Source: an uncultured Acidobacteriota bacterium (GTDB lineage Bacteria; Acidobacteriota; UBA6911; RPQK01; JAPXNP01). Taken from it: 64,000 bases of DNA. The translations under genes were made by a program, and so were the position numbers. Position 1 is the first letter of the stretch. Each line of letters begins with the position of its first letter. Positions 31,018-41,809 of the stretch are shown here, piece by piece. Where the stretch lies: positions 480,001 through 544,000 of the forward strand of contig CAVZRV010000027.1 of NCBI GenBank assembly GCA_963777605.1, written 5' to 3'. The notes under the pieces were generated by a model. That model was given only the letters and a program-made list of their open reading frames with translations. It was not told the origin of the DNA and ran no database searches.

Positions 31018-31926
31018 TTAGAGGGTTGACTCGACTTCATCCCTCGTCGGGAGGGAGGACTGGGCACCCATCCTGGTCACGGAAATGGCACCGACCCGGT
31101 TGGCGAACTCAATCGCTACTGGCAGGGACATTCCTTCGCAGATACCACAGGCAAGAGCTCCGTTGAAGGCGTCCCCTGCCGCCGTCGTGTCGATTGCAGA
31201 AACCGGCTGAGCCGGCATGAGCCGCTCCCCTTCCCGATCGACCAGGAGTGCCCCATGGGAACCCATCGTGATGACGACTGCCCGGGGTCCTCTTTCAAGC
31301 AACCGGCGCCCCGCAAGGACAGCCGTATCGGGATCGGAGATCGGAATCCCCGAGAGGACTGCCGCCTCTCCCTCGTTGGGGGTTAGGACCGTCACCAATC
31401 CCATCAATTTGTCGTCCAGTTCGGCGGCGGGAGCGGGATTAAGAATGAACTGAGCTCCCCACTCACGGGCTAATTCCCCGGCGCGATGAACGACGGGCAG
31501 CGGCGTCTCCAACTGGGTGAGCACAACCGCGCACTGTTCGAATGCAGCCTCCGCCGACTCGAGATCGGCGACCGAGAGAGCACTGTTGGCGCCGGAGGCG
31601 ACCGCTATCATGTTCTCACCCCGGGAATCCACCATGATCAAGGCAATCCCCGAAGCCGCATTGCCGTCCCGGACGATCCATCGGGTTTCAATTCCAGCAT
31701 TTCGAAATCCGCTCACCGAGCGTTCACCGAAAACATCGTTTCCGACGCAGGCGACGAAAGTCACAGCCGCTCCCAGCCTTGCGGCCGCAACGGCCTGATT
31801 GGCTCCTTTGCCCCCGGCGACTTCTGCGAAATTTCCCCCGATAACGGTCTCTCCCGGAGAGGGAAGCCGAGGCAGCTTTACTACCATGTCGGTGTTGGAA
31901 CTCCCGACCACGACCACTCGATCCAT
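31018..31926 (-). CDS. rbsK: Ribokinase
   Basis: GSSNTD, GGKGANQA, DTTAAGDAF PfkB signatures; start ATG 31926 overlaps the upstream stop (TGATG). Confidence 0.92.
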   Translation of the reverse strand: MDRVVVVGSSNTDMVVKLPRLPSPGETVIGGNFAEVAGGKGANQAVAAARLGAAVTFVACVGNDVFGERSVSGFRNAGIETRWIVRDGNAASGIALIMVDSRGENMIAVASGANSALSVADLESAEAAFEQCAVVLTQLETPLPVVHRAGELAREWGAQFILNPAPAAELDDKLMGLVTVLTPNEGEAAVLSGIPISDPDTAVLAGRRLLERGPRAVVITMGSHGALLVDREGERLMPAQPVSAIDTTAAGDAFNGALACGICEGMSLPVAIEFANRVGAISVTRMGAQSSLPTRDEVESTL

Positions 31927-32927
31927 CACACCAGCCTCGCGACGATGATCAACGCCAGGCCCGCGAAGTAGCCTGCAAACATCAGCACCAGCAGACGGTT
32001 CACCGATCTTCCGGCCGCCGCGAATTCCTTCCAGATGAAGACGCCCCAAATCGCTGCGATCATCGTGGCCCCCTGTCCGAGACCGTAAGAGATAGCGAAC
32101 CCGGCCTGACCCGAAGCGATGATGTTCAGCATCATGCCGACGCCCCAGATAGCGCCACCGAGGATACCGTAGAAATGAACTCCGGCACCGCCCTTCCGGT
32201 AGCCATCAAAGCTGACCGGTTCTCCCGCGAAGGGCTTCTTCATGATGAGAGTATTGAAAACGAGGTTACTCACCAGCAGGCCGACCGAGAACAGAAAGAC
32301 GGCCGAATATGGCCCCAGTTTCCCTGCCTCCAGGTTCTGAAAGTCAAGGGACATCGACTGGGCCACGAACCGGTAGAAGAACCCCATCAGGATGCCGCAG
32401 GAAAGAGAGAGCATCAAGCCCCGCGTGGTGACGCCCCCAGAGTCACTCGAAACTCGCCTGTACGCCAACGCATCGAGAATGATGGCTGCCGCCACCAGCC
32501 CGACTCCAAGAAACAATATGAATGCGTTTCCCACCGGGGCGGCGAGATAGTTCACCAGGACCCCGAGGACGAGGGCGATACCGATCCCGACCGGGAACGC
32601 TACGGCCATCCCGGCGATCGCGATGGCTGCGACCAGGAGGATGTTCGCCGCATTGAAGACCACTCCGCCCAGAACTGCCGATCCCACGCTGGACCAGGCA
32701 GCCTGGCCCAGATCGTCCAGGAACGGACGACCCGCTGTCCCGGCACTACCAAAGGTCAGCGCGGCGACCAGACTCAGCAGGAACACGCCAAACACGTAGT
32801 CCCAGTAAAAGAGTTCAAAACGCCACTGCTTCCCGGTCAGTTTCTGGGTATTGGCCCAGGATCCCCAGCACAGCATGGTGACGACACAGCAGATCAGTGC
32901 CACCCCATAGCTCTGGACTATGACCAT
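31926..32927 (-). CDS. DMT-superfamily (glucose/ribose porter-like) sugar transporter
   Basis: About 10 TM helices, CWGSWANT, WRFELFYWDY, WGVFIWKEF; coupled to rbsK. Confidence 0.8.
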   Translation of the reverse strand: MVIVQSYGVALICCVVTMLCWGSWANTQKLTGKQWRFELFYWDYVFGVFLLSLVAALTFGSAGTAGRPFLDDLGQAAWSSVGSAVLGGVVFNAANILLVAAIAIAGMAVAFPVGIGIALVLGVLVNYLAAPVGNAFILFLGVGLVAAAIILDALAYRRVSSDSGGVTTRGLMLSLSCGILMGFFYRFVAQSMSLDFQNLEAGKLGPYSAVFLFSVGLLVSNLVFNTLIMKKPFAGEPVSFDGYRKGGAGVHFYGILGGAIWGVGMMLNIIASGQAGFAISYGLGQGATMIAAIWGVFIWKEFAAAGRSVNRLLVLMFAGYFAGLALIIVARLV

Positions 32928-32942
32928 AAGACCGCTCCCCTC

Positions 32943-34526
32943 TCACCGGAATACAACGAGATCGTTGAGCACAACCCGACTCCCCGCCGAGTCTCCATAC
33001 GGCTCACCCAGGACCTCGATTCTCACCGTGTGGGCGCCCAACGGAAGCCCAAACATGTGCCAGACCGATTCCCCACCCTTGGACGCCTCTTCATCAGAGT
33101 AAACGTCAACCGTACTGTCCAGCGCCCCGTCCAGGTAGACATTCACCTGTCCACCGTCGGGCAGATAGGGCCCCACTACGATCACTCCCGTCCCTTCGAA
33201 CGCGATCTCGCCCGCGGCTCCCTGGTTGTCCGACTCGCGCTGCGGAGCCGATTCCCCCTTTGGGTCCTTCTTCATTCGAGACCACTTGCCCGACCACTTC
33301 CAACGTTTGTCGGTCACAGGGATCCGCTCGACCGGAGAACCGTAGTCGTCCCAGACCGCGAGCGGCGCCGCCTGCGGATACTGCTTCTGAATCAGAAGGT
33401 TGTCGTCCTCCAGGCGTCCTCCATTGCGTTCTACCTGTTTCACGACCCGGTTCAAGGTGCTGTGAACGATGTCTTCAAAAGAATAGTCCGTGTAAGAAAA
33501 CTTTTGGTCGCCGATTTGGCTGAGCCCGCGCTTCCACTTCTCGGGGATCTGGTCGAATCCCACCATCACACCCAGAATTCCCGCTGCATTCGACGGATTG
33601 CAGTCTGAATCCTGACCAGAACGGGTAGCAATCTCCATCGTCCGCCCAAAGTCACTCTCCCCGTGAAGCAAACCCAGGGCGATATACGCACCATTGAGTT
33701 TGGCGTCGATGTTGAACGGCGTCAGAGCGCCTGAGGGACAAGGATCGCGTCGATCCCACTTGTCTTCGACCAGTCGCCAGACTCGCTGCCAATCACCCTG
33801 ATACTGTTCGGACCAGGAGAGGACATCAGCGATCACCTGGGCGTAAGGGCTTTCCGGCGGCAAACAGGCGAGGCCGGCCTCCACGACCCTTCCCGGGTCA
33901 TCATCAAAGAAGGCCGCGGCATACATCCCGGACACAAACATGCCGCCGTATATACCGTCGCCAAAGTTCATCACCCTGCCCACCCGTTCGCAGAGTTCGT
34001 TGGAAGCGACCGGCATTCCTGGACTCATCAGGCCGATAAAGTCCGCCTCGATCTGGAAATCGATGTCATTGGCGTGTGCATTGTGGGCAGGAGTGCCGGA
34101 CGCCTCCGCAGATACACCTCGCCGGAGGGCACGTCTCGCACCCAGATTGGCATGCCATAGGGCGTATCTGGAATCCCGGAACATTGCCCCAAAGTCCGCA
34201 GTTGTCGCGTCCAGACCTTTCTCATCGAGCACCTGGGCAAATGTCATCTCCACGTAAAGGTCATCCTGGTGTATCGAATTACGAAGTCGTTCATCCGACC
34301 AGGCAGGCAGTTCATCATCGGGAATGATCTTTCCCTGGTAACGAAACTCAGTGGGAGCTCCGTAGCTGACACCGATCATCTGACCTGCCCAGCCTCCCCT
34401 AACCCGGTTCTCCAGGTCTGCCATCGAAATCTCGGTCAGGCCGGACGGGCGGCTGCAGGCCCCCCAGCCCAGGCCCAACAGCAACAGGCCCACAGCAATC
34501 CTTTTGTCCATCAGGCTCCCTTTCAC
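32943..34526 (-). CDS. ADP-ribosylglycohydrolase-family lipoprotein with C-terminal beta-sandwich
   Basis: Lipobox LGWGAC; GGWAGQMIGV, QDDLYVE and GQDSDCN metal-binding motifs. Confidence 0.82.
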   Translation of the reverse strand: MKGSLMDKRIAVGLLLLGLGWGACSRPSGLTEISMADLENRVRGGWAGQMIGVSYGAPTEFRYQGKIIPDDELPAWSDERLRNSIHQDDLYVEMTFAQVLDEKGLDATTADFGAMFRDSRYALWHANLGARRALRRGVSAEASGTPAHNAHANDIDFQIEADFIGLMSPGMPVASNELCERVGRVMNFGDGIYGGMFVSGMYAAAFFDDDPGRVVEAGLACLPPESPYAQVIADVLSWSEQYQGDWQRVWRLVEDKWDRRDPCPSGALTPFNIDAKLNGAYIALGLLHGESDFGRTMEIATRSGQDSDCNPSNAAGILGVMVGFDQIPEKWKRGLSQIGDQKFSYTDYSFEDIVHSTLNRVVKQVERNGGRLEDDNLLIQKQYPQAAPLAVWDDYGSPVERIPVTDKRWKWSGKWSRMKKDPKGESAPQRESDNQGAAGEIAFEGTGVIVVGPYLPDGGQVNVYLDGALDSTVDVYSDEEASKGGESVWHMFGLPLGAHTVRIEVLGEPYGDSAGSRVVLNDLVVFR

Positions 34527-34603
34527 GTGTATGGGGTTTATAGCACACCCACTTCAGCGCCGAAAGCGGTTCAGCAACCGGCAAATTCAGCCTTCTGCAC
34601 CTC

Positions 34604-35389
34604 TCAGTCGCCGAAGAAACCGTCTGCGTCGAGACGGGCGAATCCGATCACCACACAACCGGTAGCAAAGGCCCAGAAGAGGATCGTGATGGAAACAAAG
34701 AACGGTCCGTATATCGCCTCCATGGACCAGGATCCCGCCAACCTTCGAAAGAACTCGTTTATCCCCAGCCAGAAGAAAGAGGCAACGATGCTGGTCCGAA
34801 AGACGCTGCGAAAGGGCCGCCGGCTGGAAGGCAGCCACAAGTAGACATTGCCGAAAAGGGCCAGGGCCAACAAATATGAAATCAGGTAGGCAGTGCCGCC
34901 GCCAACCCACTCTGCGGGGACTCGGGCGAGTTGGAGAGAGCCCGCAGACCGGAGCCAGTTCGACAGGGAAATTGACCCCAGAGCGAGTGCCCCAACAAGG
35001 AAAACCATGCCGATTCCGAGCAGTTGTGATCGAAGGAAACTGCGCGGGCGCCGCGCTCGAAATGCCGAGTCGAGAGAGGCTTGCAGCGAGAAAAAGAAGG
35101 CAGAGCCGGTCCAGGCAAAAAGCAGGAGCGAAATCACTTGGGGACGCCCAAGCTCACTCGTGTAAATGCGCATGTTGCGGACGATGAAATCCTGTGAAAT
35201 CGGGAAGAACTTCTGCAGCGACAGGAGGACCGCCTCCCGGAGGTTGGTCCAGTCAAGATAGTTCGCTGCACTCAGCAGAAGAACGATAATCGGAAACACC
35301 GACAGAAAGAAGTTGAACGTGATGGAGGAAACCAGGACCGCCCCTTCACGTCCGAAAAGGTAGATCAGCGCGTCGGCAAAAGTCCGCAA
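34604..35389 (-). CDS. YihY/BrkB family membrane protein
   Basis: ITFNFFLSVFP, multiple TM helices, IYGPF; start uncertain (TTG 35389 chosen). Confidence 0.8.
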   Translation of the reverse strand: MRTFADALIYLFGREGAVLVSSITFNFFLSVFPIIVLLLSAANYLDWTNLREAVLLSLQKFFPISQDFIVRNMRIYTSELGRPQVISLLLFAWTGSAFFFSLQASLDSAFRARRPRSFLRSQLLGIGMVFLVGALALGSISLSNWLRSAGSLQLARVPAEWVGGGTAYLISYLLALALFGNVYLWLPSSRRPFRSVFRTSIVASFFWLGINEFFRRLAGSWSMEAIYGPFFVSITILFWAFATGCVVIGFARLDADGFFGD

Positions 35390-35631
35390 CTTGCAGCCCC
35401 ACCAGTCAACCGAAAAAATACGGAGTTTGCTCGTGCGCGGCACTACCCTGCGGTGACGTCCGGAAAGATTCAGAAACTGGCTGTTCAACTTGGTACGTTT
35501 CATATCCACAGTTCGCGATGAGAATCGGCATCGCGGGTGAGGCCCGTCACCTCCTAATGTTCCCATCCAAAAGCATAATGCAATCGCTCTGGAAAAAAAC
35601 CCAACCGGGGCGGATGTTGAGGACACATTTG

Positions 35632-35985
35632 ATGAAAACTATCCTGTTGATTGAAGGCGACGATTCGCTTCGCCGTCGCTTCCGCAAGTTCCTTGAGTTC
35701 GAAGGCTTCCGTGTCATTGCTCAGCAAAGCACGCAGGCTGCACGAGACTTTCTCCAGGACCAACCGACCGAAATCGATCTGGTAATCGTCGGACTCGGAC
35801 AAAACAACTCTGGTAACCTGGATATTCTCCTCGACCAACTCGAGAATACGAGGGTCCTCCTGACTGCGACAGGCGAATGCCCGGTCTTGGAAGCCCCCTA
35901 TCCTTGCCTTTCCAAGCCGGTACCGCCGGAACGGCTGGTGTCGAAGGCTCATCAATTGCTCTTTCACCGAGACGAACCAGACTAG
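35632..35985 (+). CDS. Single-domain receiver-like protein (atypical)
   Basis: MKTILLIEGDD...IDLVIVGLG...LSKP; Gly at the phospho-Asp position. Confidence 0.72.
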   Translation: MKTILLIEGDDSLRRRFRKFLEFEGFRVIAQQSTQAARDFLQDQPTEIDLVIVGLGQNNSGNLDILLDQLENTRVLLTATGECPVLEAPYPCLSKPVPPERLVSKAHQLLFHRDEPD

Positions 35986-36104
35986 TGTCATGTTCCTTAA
36001 TTCTCCCCACCCGTGTCATACTTTGGAGCAACGAGGTATGGGAACCGGCTCCGGGCGGAACAAATCCGGCCATCCGGTGTCTCTTATAAGTAGACAACAG
36101 GGTC

Positions 36105-36365
36105 ATGGCAGATTACTTGTTCCGTTTTGCAGCGCTTTTTTGTTTTTCTGCGGCTTCGTTCGGGTTTATCTACTTCAAGTGGCGGTACTCCCGTCGCTCC
36201 AGGGTTCGCGTTTGGGGTATTCGTATCTGCCATGGACTCGGTTTCATCGGACTGCTCATGCAGGCCCTCTGGGCTGGAGGGCCCAACCAGATTACCTGGT
36301 CGATTCTGATCGCGCTCTCGGTCTCCCTCTTCGGCTTCGAACTTTCTGAACGGCTACTTGACTGA
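36105..36365 (+). CDS. Small membrane protein (3 TM)
   Basis: 86 aa with three hydrophobic segments; fills the gap between genes. Confidence 0.55.
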   Translation: MADYLFRFAALFCFSAASFGFIYFKWRYSRRSRVRVWGIRICHGLGFIGLLMQALWAGGPNQITWSILIALSVSLFGFELSERLLD

Positions 36366-36451
36366 ACCTCCCTTTCTTCACGCCTGAAGAGGGGGTTGGT
36401 TGCCGGATTGTTGTGGTAACATCGACCCGGCCTTTCGGAGAGGAACAAACC

Positions 36452-37927
36452 ATGAGTGAAGACCAGGTTCTGACCGGGTTGTCGAGACTGAGACGAGAAC
36501 TTGCGCAGCTCAAGTCGCACCTCCTGGAGATTGAAGAGTACGTAGAAAGACTGGAAGCTGAGCCCCCTGTCCAGGAGGCGGCCCCTTCTGTTCCTGCTCC
36601 CACTCCGCTTTCCTTGAACGGCGTCGCGGAGTTCGCCGCCAAGGCGGAGCAGGCTACCAATCAGGAGGGCATTCTTGCCTCTCTGCTGGAGGCGGCCGGA
36701 GGACTGTGCGGAAACGCCCTCCTGTTCGCAGAGAACGAAGTCGGCGGATACTCCCCGTGGAATTCCTGCGGATTTGACTCAACTGGCTGGCAGAAGGTAC
36801 TGATCCGCCAAGACGATCCCGTCGCCCATGGAGCCCGTGACCAGCGCATACTCACCTTCGATCGGGAGCGGGAAGACTTGCCCGATTCCCTCGGCGCACT
36901 CGACGGTGGCGGAAAAGCGGCGTCCATTCCGTTGGTTTTTGGAGATCGCGTTCCTGTAATTCTGTATGTCGCGTCGCCCGCCGAGTTGGACCTGGATTCC
37001 CTGCGGCTGCTGGTGGAACTCGCCCGCCTCTACATCCAAAATCAGTTTCTGAGTAACCTGGAAGGTGACGAACTGGCCACTGCTCAATTCACGTCGCGCT
37101 GGCCGACTCTCGAGTCACTGACTCCCACGGCCGCCAAGTCGGAAGAGCAGCTTCCCGAGCCCAAACCGACAGGTGCAGAAACCCTGCCAGAGCTGACTGA
37201 TGCGCCTGCCCCGGCCATGGGATTGGAAACCATCCCGTCCGAGGGGATGACTTCACCTTCAACAGTTGAGACCGGGGCGACGGAAGCCGACGCAGAACCA
37301 GTTCCGGAAGGTGTCTTCAAACCGTCGGAGCCCCCTCCGGCCCCGGAGGTCGAAAGCCAGGACCAGCCGGCAGAGGCTTCCGCCGAAGACACCTACCAAT
37401 TGGATGACTTCCCGGAAGTGAGACCTGAAGAACTGGGGATGTCGAACGCGGAATTTTCCCGCCTCATGGGAAAGGCTTCGAGCGCCTGGAACTCTTCCGA
37501 GGAACCGTCCCAGGCTGAAGCACTGCACGACCAGGAAGTTTCCATCACTGAGCAGGTCTCGGAACAGGCCGAGGAAAGCGGCGAAGATCAAGCCGTTCCC
37601 GAAACGCACGAGTTGCCCCCTCACACTCCCGTTCAGGAGGAGGAGGTCATGCACGCCGAGGCACGCCGGTTCGCCCGCTTGCTGGTTGCGGAGATCAAGC
37701 TCTACAACGAAGATGGAGTCCAGGAAGGTCGTGTTTCGTCCGACCTCTATCGCCGACTTAAAGCCGATATCGATCGCAGCCGGGAGATGTACGAGAAACG
37801 GGTTGCCCCCACCGTCCGCGATTCAGAGGACTACTTCCATTCCGAGATGATTCGCGTCTTGGCTCAGGAAGATCCCCAACTGATGGGAATCGACTATCCC
37901 GGACCCCGGATTGGCCCGGCATCCTGA
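36452..37927 (+). CDS. Hypothetical protein: coiled coil, GAF-like domain, acidic linker, C-terminal ARRFARLLVAEIKLYN domain
   Basis: GGAGAGGA RBS; domain layout read from the translation. Confidence 0.8.
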   Translation: MSEDQVLTGLSRLRRELAQLKSHLLEIEEYVERLEAEPPVQEAAPSVPAPTPLSLNGVAEFAAKAEQATNQEGILASLLEAAGGLCGNALLFAENEVGGYSPWNSCGFDSTGWQKVLIRQDDPVAHGARDQRILTFDREREDLPDSLGALDGGGKAASIPLVFGDRVPVILYVASPAELDLDSLRLLVELARLYIQNQFLSNLEGDELATAQFTSRWPTLESLTPTAAKSEEQLPEPKPTGAETLPELTDAPAPAMGLETIPSEGMTSPSTVETGATEADAEPVPEGVFKPSEPPPAPEVESQDQPAEASAEDTYQLDDFPEVRPEELGMSNAEFSRLMGKASSAWNSSEEPSQAEALHDQEVSITEQVSEQAEESGEDQAVPETHELPPHTPVQEEEVMHAEARRFARLLVAEIKLYNEDGVQEGRVSSDLYRRLKADIDRSREMYEKRVAPTVRDSEDYFHSEMIRVLAQEDPQLMGIDYPGPRIGPAS

Positions 37928-37992
37928 TCGCGGGATTCCCGGGCGTCAGCATCTCCACATCTTGAGCTCCCAAGATTGCGAGGAATATAGAA

Positions 37993-39186
37993 TTGCAGCA
38001 GCGGCGCATTTCCTCAAAAGCGTTACGATTTACCGAGTCGGTGATCCGGGAAATGACCCGCCTGGCCGACCAACACGGGGCTATCAATCTCGCCCAGGGG
38101 TTCCCGAACTTCCCTGCCCCAGGATTCGTCAAGGAAGCCGCAGTCCAAGCGATCGAAGGGGACTTCAATCAGTATGCGGTGACTTGGGGCTCTCCACGCC
38201 TTCGCCGGGCGATCGCCCGCAAGTACCGCCGCCACTATGGATGGGAGATCGATCCCGATCGTCATGTGACGGTCTGTTGCGGGGCTACCGAATGCATGGT
38301 GGCGTCCATCCTGGCGGTCGTCGATTCCGGTGAACAGGTTCTCGTATTCGAACCGTTCTACGAAAACTACGGGCCCGACACGATTATCGCCGGGGCCTCC
38401 CCGGTCTTCGTGCCGCTCCATCCGGAACGCGACTGGGCGTTCGACCCGGCCGAACTCGAACGCGCAGTCGTCGATGCCGAGGCCCGGGGCGGGATCAGGG
38501 CGTTAATTCTGAATTCTCCCAACAACCCAACCGGCCGTGTTCTGAGTGTTGAAGAACTGGATTGTATTGCCGGCCTCGCCCGAAAGCACAATTTTTACGT
38601 AATCACGGACGAAATCTACGAGCATATAGTCTATGACGGCCGTCGCCACGAACCGATCGCCCGGCAGCCTGGAATGGCGGATCGGACCATTACGATCAGC
38701 GGGATGTCGAAGACATTCAGCGTGACCGGCTGGAGAATCGGCTATGTGATCGCCCCCCCGGATCTTTCCGATGCCATCCGCAAAATGCACGATTTCCTCA
38801 CTGTAGGGGCAGCAGCGCCCTTGCAGGAAGCCGCCGCGGCGATCCTCGACTGCCCGGACTCCTACTACGCGGAACTGGCCGAGAACTACCGCAGCCGGAG
38901 GGATTACCTGCTTCGGGTGCTGTCAGAGGCAGGATTCAAGCCCTGGAAGCCTTCCGGTGCCTACTACATCATTGCCGACATTTCCGGCCTGACCAGCGAA
39001 TCGGATGTCCACTTCGTGAGCCGGTTGATAAAGGAAGCCGGGATCGCGGTCGTGCCAGGAAGCAGTTTCTTCAGCCGGCCCGAAAAGGGCCGGCACCTGG
39101 TTCGCTTCGCCTTCTGCAAGACGCTCGATCTGCTGGAATCTGCCGGAGAACGCCTGCTTCGTTTCACGTCCGGCTTAAAGGGGTAA
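37993..39186 (+). CDS. PLP-dependent aminotransferase class I/II
   Basis: INLAQGFP, NSPNNPTG, DEIY, SKTFSVTGWRIG. Confidence 0.93.
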   Translation: MQQRRISSKALRFTESVIREMTRLADQHGAINLAQGFPNFPAPGFVKEAAVQAIEGDFNQYAVTWGSPRLRRAIARKYRRHYGWEIDPDRHVTVCCGATECMVASILAVVDSGEQVLVFEPFYENYGPDTIIAGASPVFVPLHPERDWAFDPAELERAVVDAEARGGIRALILNSPNNPTGRVLSVEELDCIAGLARKHNFYVITDEIYEHIVYDGRRHEPIARQPGMADRTITISGMSKTFSVTGWRIGYVIAPPDLSDAIRKMHDFLTVGAAAPLQEAAAAILDCPDSYYAELAENYRSRRDYLLRVLSEAGFKPWKPSGAYYIIADISGLTSESDVHFVSRLIKEAGIAVVPGSSFFSRPEKGRHLVRFAFCKTLDLLESAGERLLRFTSGLKG

Positions 39187-39241
39187 AACCCGACCCGAAT
39201 CGCCAGATTGCAGGTCGTCGCCCGAACGGTTCTCGTCCGTC

Positions 39242-40279
39242 TCAGTCTCCAAGCGACTTCCAGTAAACGGAGAATTGTCGCCGGGCCCGGGCGACATACA
39301 AATCGAAGTCACCAAGGTTGTTGGGTTCGAACGGGATCTCCTTCGGGGCCAGGGCTGCGTTGATCGAAGCCTGCACGCTCCCGGAAAGGGCTTCGAGGTC
39401 GTATCCCCCTTCCAGGCAGAACAGGATCCTGCCCCGGCACACTTCCAGCGCCACCGAAACCAGCGCCGAACTCAACGCCCCGAACCCGGACTCGGTCATC
39501 TTCATTCCCGCCAGTGGATCCCGGGCATGGGCATCGTATCCGGCCGAGACAATAACCAGGTGCGGCTCGTATTCTTCCAGGATCGGAATCACCAGTTCCT
39601 GATAGAGGGCAACCATGAAGGAATCGTCCCGCCCGGGAGGAAGAGGCAGGTTTACCGTGTAACCCTCTCCCGGACCGGCGCCGACTTCCTCCATCCGGCC
39701 GGTTCCCGGGAAAAGGGGGTGCTGATGACTCGAAATGTAGAGAACGTCGCCACTTCGCCAGAAGATGTCCTGGGTTCCATTCCCGTGGTGGACGTCAAAA
39801 TCAACGATTGCCACTCGTTCCGCCATCCCCGAATCCCGCGCCCACTGGGCGGCTACGGCAACGTTGTTGAACAGGCAGAATCCCATGGCGCGACTCCGCT
39901 CGGCGTGGTGACCGGGCGGCCGAACGAGGGCGAAACCCGACCGAATCCGGCCTCCCCTCATCTCGCTGAGTATGCCGACCCCGGTGCCTGCCGCGACGCA
40001 GGCCGTATCGAACGATCTCGGTCCCGCGTAGGTGTCCGGGTCCAGCATGGTGAGTTCTTGACCGCGTGTCGCTTGAATCAACCGGTAGTGGGCCTGATCG
40101 TGAACCCGCTCAATCCACTCCTGCTCTGCTCTCAGAGTGGGGAGGCGGAATACACCCATGGGTTCGGCGGCGAGCGTCTTCTGCAATGCCTGAAGTCGCT
40201 CGATCCTCTCCGGGTGGCCGGGGGGATTTTGGTGTTCCAGGAAGACCTCGTCAAGAACGAGCCCAATCCCTTCAGCCAT
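39242..40279 (-). CDS. Histone deacetylase family (HDAC/AcuC-like) amidohydrolase
   Basis: HPERIER, RPPGHHA, GFCLFNN, DFDVHHGNGTQ, LEGGY. Confidence 0.93.
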   Translation of the reverse strand: MAEGIGLVLDEVFLEHQNPPGHPERIERLQALQKTLAAEPMGVFRLPTLRAEQEWIERVHDQAHYRLIQATRGQELTMLDPDTYAGPRSFDTACVAAGTGVGILSEMRGGRIRSGFALVRPPGHHAERSRAMGFCLFNNVAVAAQWARDSGMAERVAIVDFDVHHGNGTQDIFWRSGDVLYISSHQHPLFPGTGRMEEVGAGPGEGYTVNLPLPPGRDDSFMVALYQELVIPILEEYEPHLVIVSAGYDAHARDPLAGMKMTESGFGALSSALVSVALEVCRGRILFCLEGGYDLEALSGSVQASINAALAPKEIPFEPNNLGDFDLYVARARRQFSVYWKSLGD

Positions 40280-40299
40280 GGCGCATCTCCTGTCGTTTG

Positions 40300-41781
40300 T
40301 CAGGGAAGCGAAGTGGTGCCCATCAGGAAACGGTCACATTCCCGGGCGGCTTCCCGGCCCTCTCGAATTGCCCAGACAATCAGGCTTTGCCCGCGACGGG
40401 CATCTCCCGCCGCAAAAACGCCGGGCACGGAGGTCTGGTATTGTCCGAATTCGGCCGCAACGTTACTCCTCTGGTCAACATTGACGTTGAGACTCTCGAG
40501 CAGTCCCTGTTCGGGCCCGAGGAATCCCATCGCCAGCAGGACCAATTGGGCGGGGAACACTCTCTCGGTCCCGGGCACTGGCCGGGGAATCATCCGACCA
40601 TTGTCCCGTACCCACTCGATACCAATAGTATGCAGTGCTTTGACCCGACCGTCCTGGTCTTCCACTAACTTCTGCGTCATCACCGCAAATTCTCTCGGAT
40701 CCTTCCCGAAGAGGGCGCGGGCTTCCTCCTGGCCATAATCGACTCGGAAGATCCGGGGCCATTGCGGCCAGGGATTGTCCGGCACGCGGGAATCGGGTGG
40801 GCGAGAGAGAATCTCCAATTGAACAATGCTTCGGCACCCGTGACGAATCGAAGTCCCCACGCAATCGGTGCCGGTGTCCCCTCCCCCGATAACGATCACA
40901 TCCTTGCCTTGCGCCGAAATGAAATTGCCGTCTTCGTGGCCGGAGTGGAGCAGGCTACGGGTATTCGCCGAGAGAAACTCCATCGCGAAGTGGATTCCAT
41001 GGAGGTTCCGACCTTCAATCGGAAGATCTCGTGGGCGAGTGGCACCGGTACAGAGAATCACGGCGTCGAATTCCTTCGCCAACCGGGCAGACGAGTAATC
41101 GGTTCCGACCGAGACCCCGGTCCTGAATTCGACTCCTTCGTCTGCCATCAGATCGACCCGTCTCTGGACAAAACGCTTGTCCAGTTTCATGTTCGGAATC
41201 CCGTAAACGAGCAATCCACCGATCCGGTCATCCCGCTCGAAAACCGTCACCTGATGGCCCACCTTGTTCAACTGATCGGCTGCGGCCAGACCGGCCGGTC
41301 CGGAACCGACTACCGCAACCCGCTTTCCCGTCCGAGTTGCCGGAGGATTCGGCTTGATCCAGCCCTCCTCGAACGCCCGGTCAACGATGGCACATTCAAT
41401 CATCTTGATCGTGACCGGTGGCTCGTTGATTCCCAGGACACAGGAAGCTTCACAGGGCGCCGGGCAGACTCTCCCGGTGAACTCGGGAAAATTGTTCGTC
41501 TTGCTGAGGCGATCGTATGCCTCTTTCCAGAGTCCTCTATAGACGAGGTCATTCCACTCCGGGATCAGGTTGTTGACGGGGCATCCCGTGGACTGCCCAT
41601 CAATGTCGCCTCCCACATGACAGAAGGGGACTCCGCAGTCCATGCAGCGGGCCCCTTGCCGCTGGAGCCTGTCGTCTCCCGGCCATGTATAGTACTCGTT
41701 CCAGTCCGTGGCACGCTCTTTGGGAGCACGGGAAGGTCCCGATTCGCGTTCAAACTCCATGAAACCTGTTGGTTTCGCCAT
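40300..41781 (-). CDS. gltD: Glutamate synthase small subunit
   Basis: [34 protein letters not shown]. Confidence 0.96.
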   Translation of the reverse strand: MAKPTGFMEFERESGPSRAPKERATDWNEYYTWPGDDRLQRQGARCMDCGVPFCHVGGDIDGQSTGCPVNNLIPEWNDLVYRGLWKEAYDRLSKTNNFPEFTGRVCPAPCEASCVLGINEPPVTIKMIECAIVDRAFEEGWIKPNPPATRTGKRVAVVGSGPAGLAAADQLNKVGHQVTVFERDDRIGGLLVYGIPNMKLDKRFVQRRVDLMADEGVEFRTGVSVGTDYSSARLAKEFDAVILCTGATRPRDLPIEGRNLHGIHFAMEFLSANTRSLLHSGHEDGNFISAQGKDVIVIGGGDTGTDCVGTSIRHGCRSIVQLEILSRPPDSRVPDNPWPQWPRIFRVDYGQEEARALFGKDPREFAVMTQKLVEDQDGRVKALHTIGIEWVRDNGRMIPRPVPGTERVFPAQLVLLAMGFLGPEQGLLESLNVNVDQRSNVAAEFGQYQTSVPGVFAAGDARRGQSLIVWAIREGREAARECDRFLMGTTSLP

Positions 41782-41809
41782 ACCTCTATTCCTCTAAAAC
41801 CCGGCCGGG

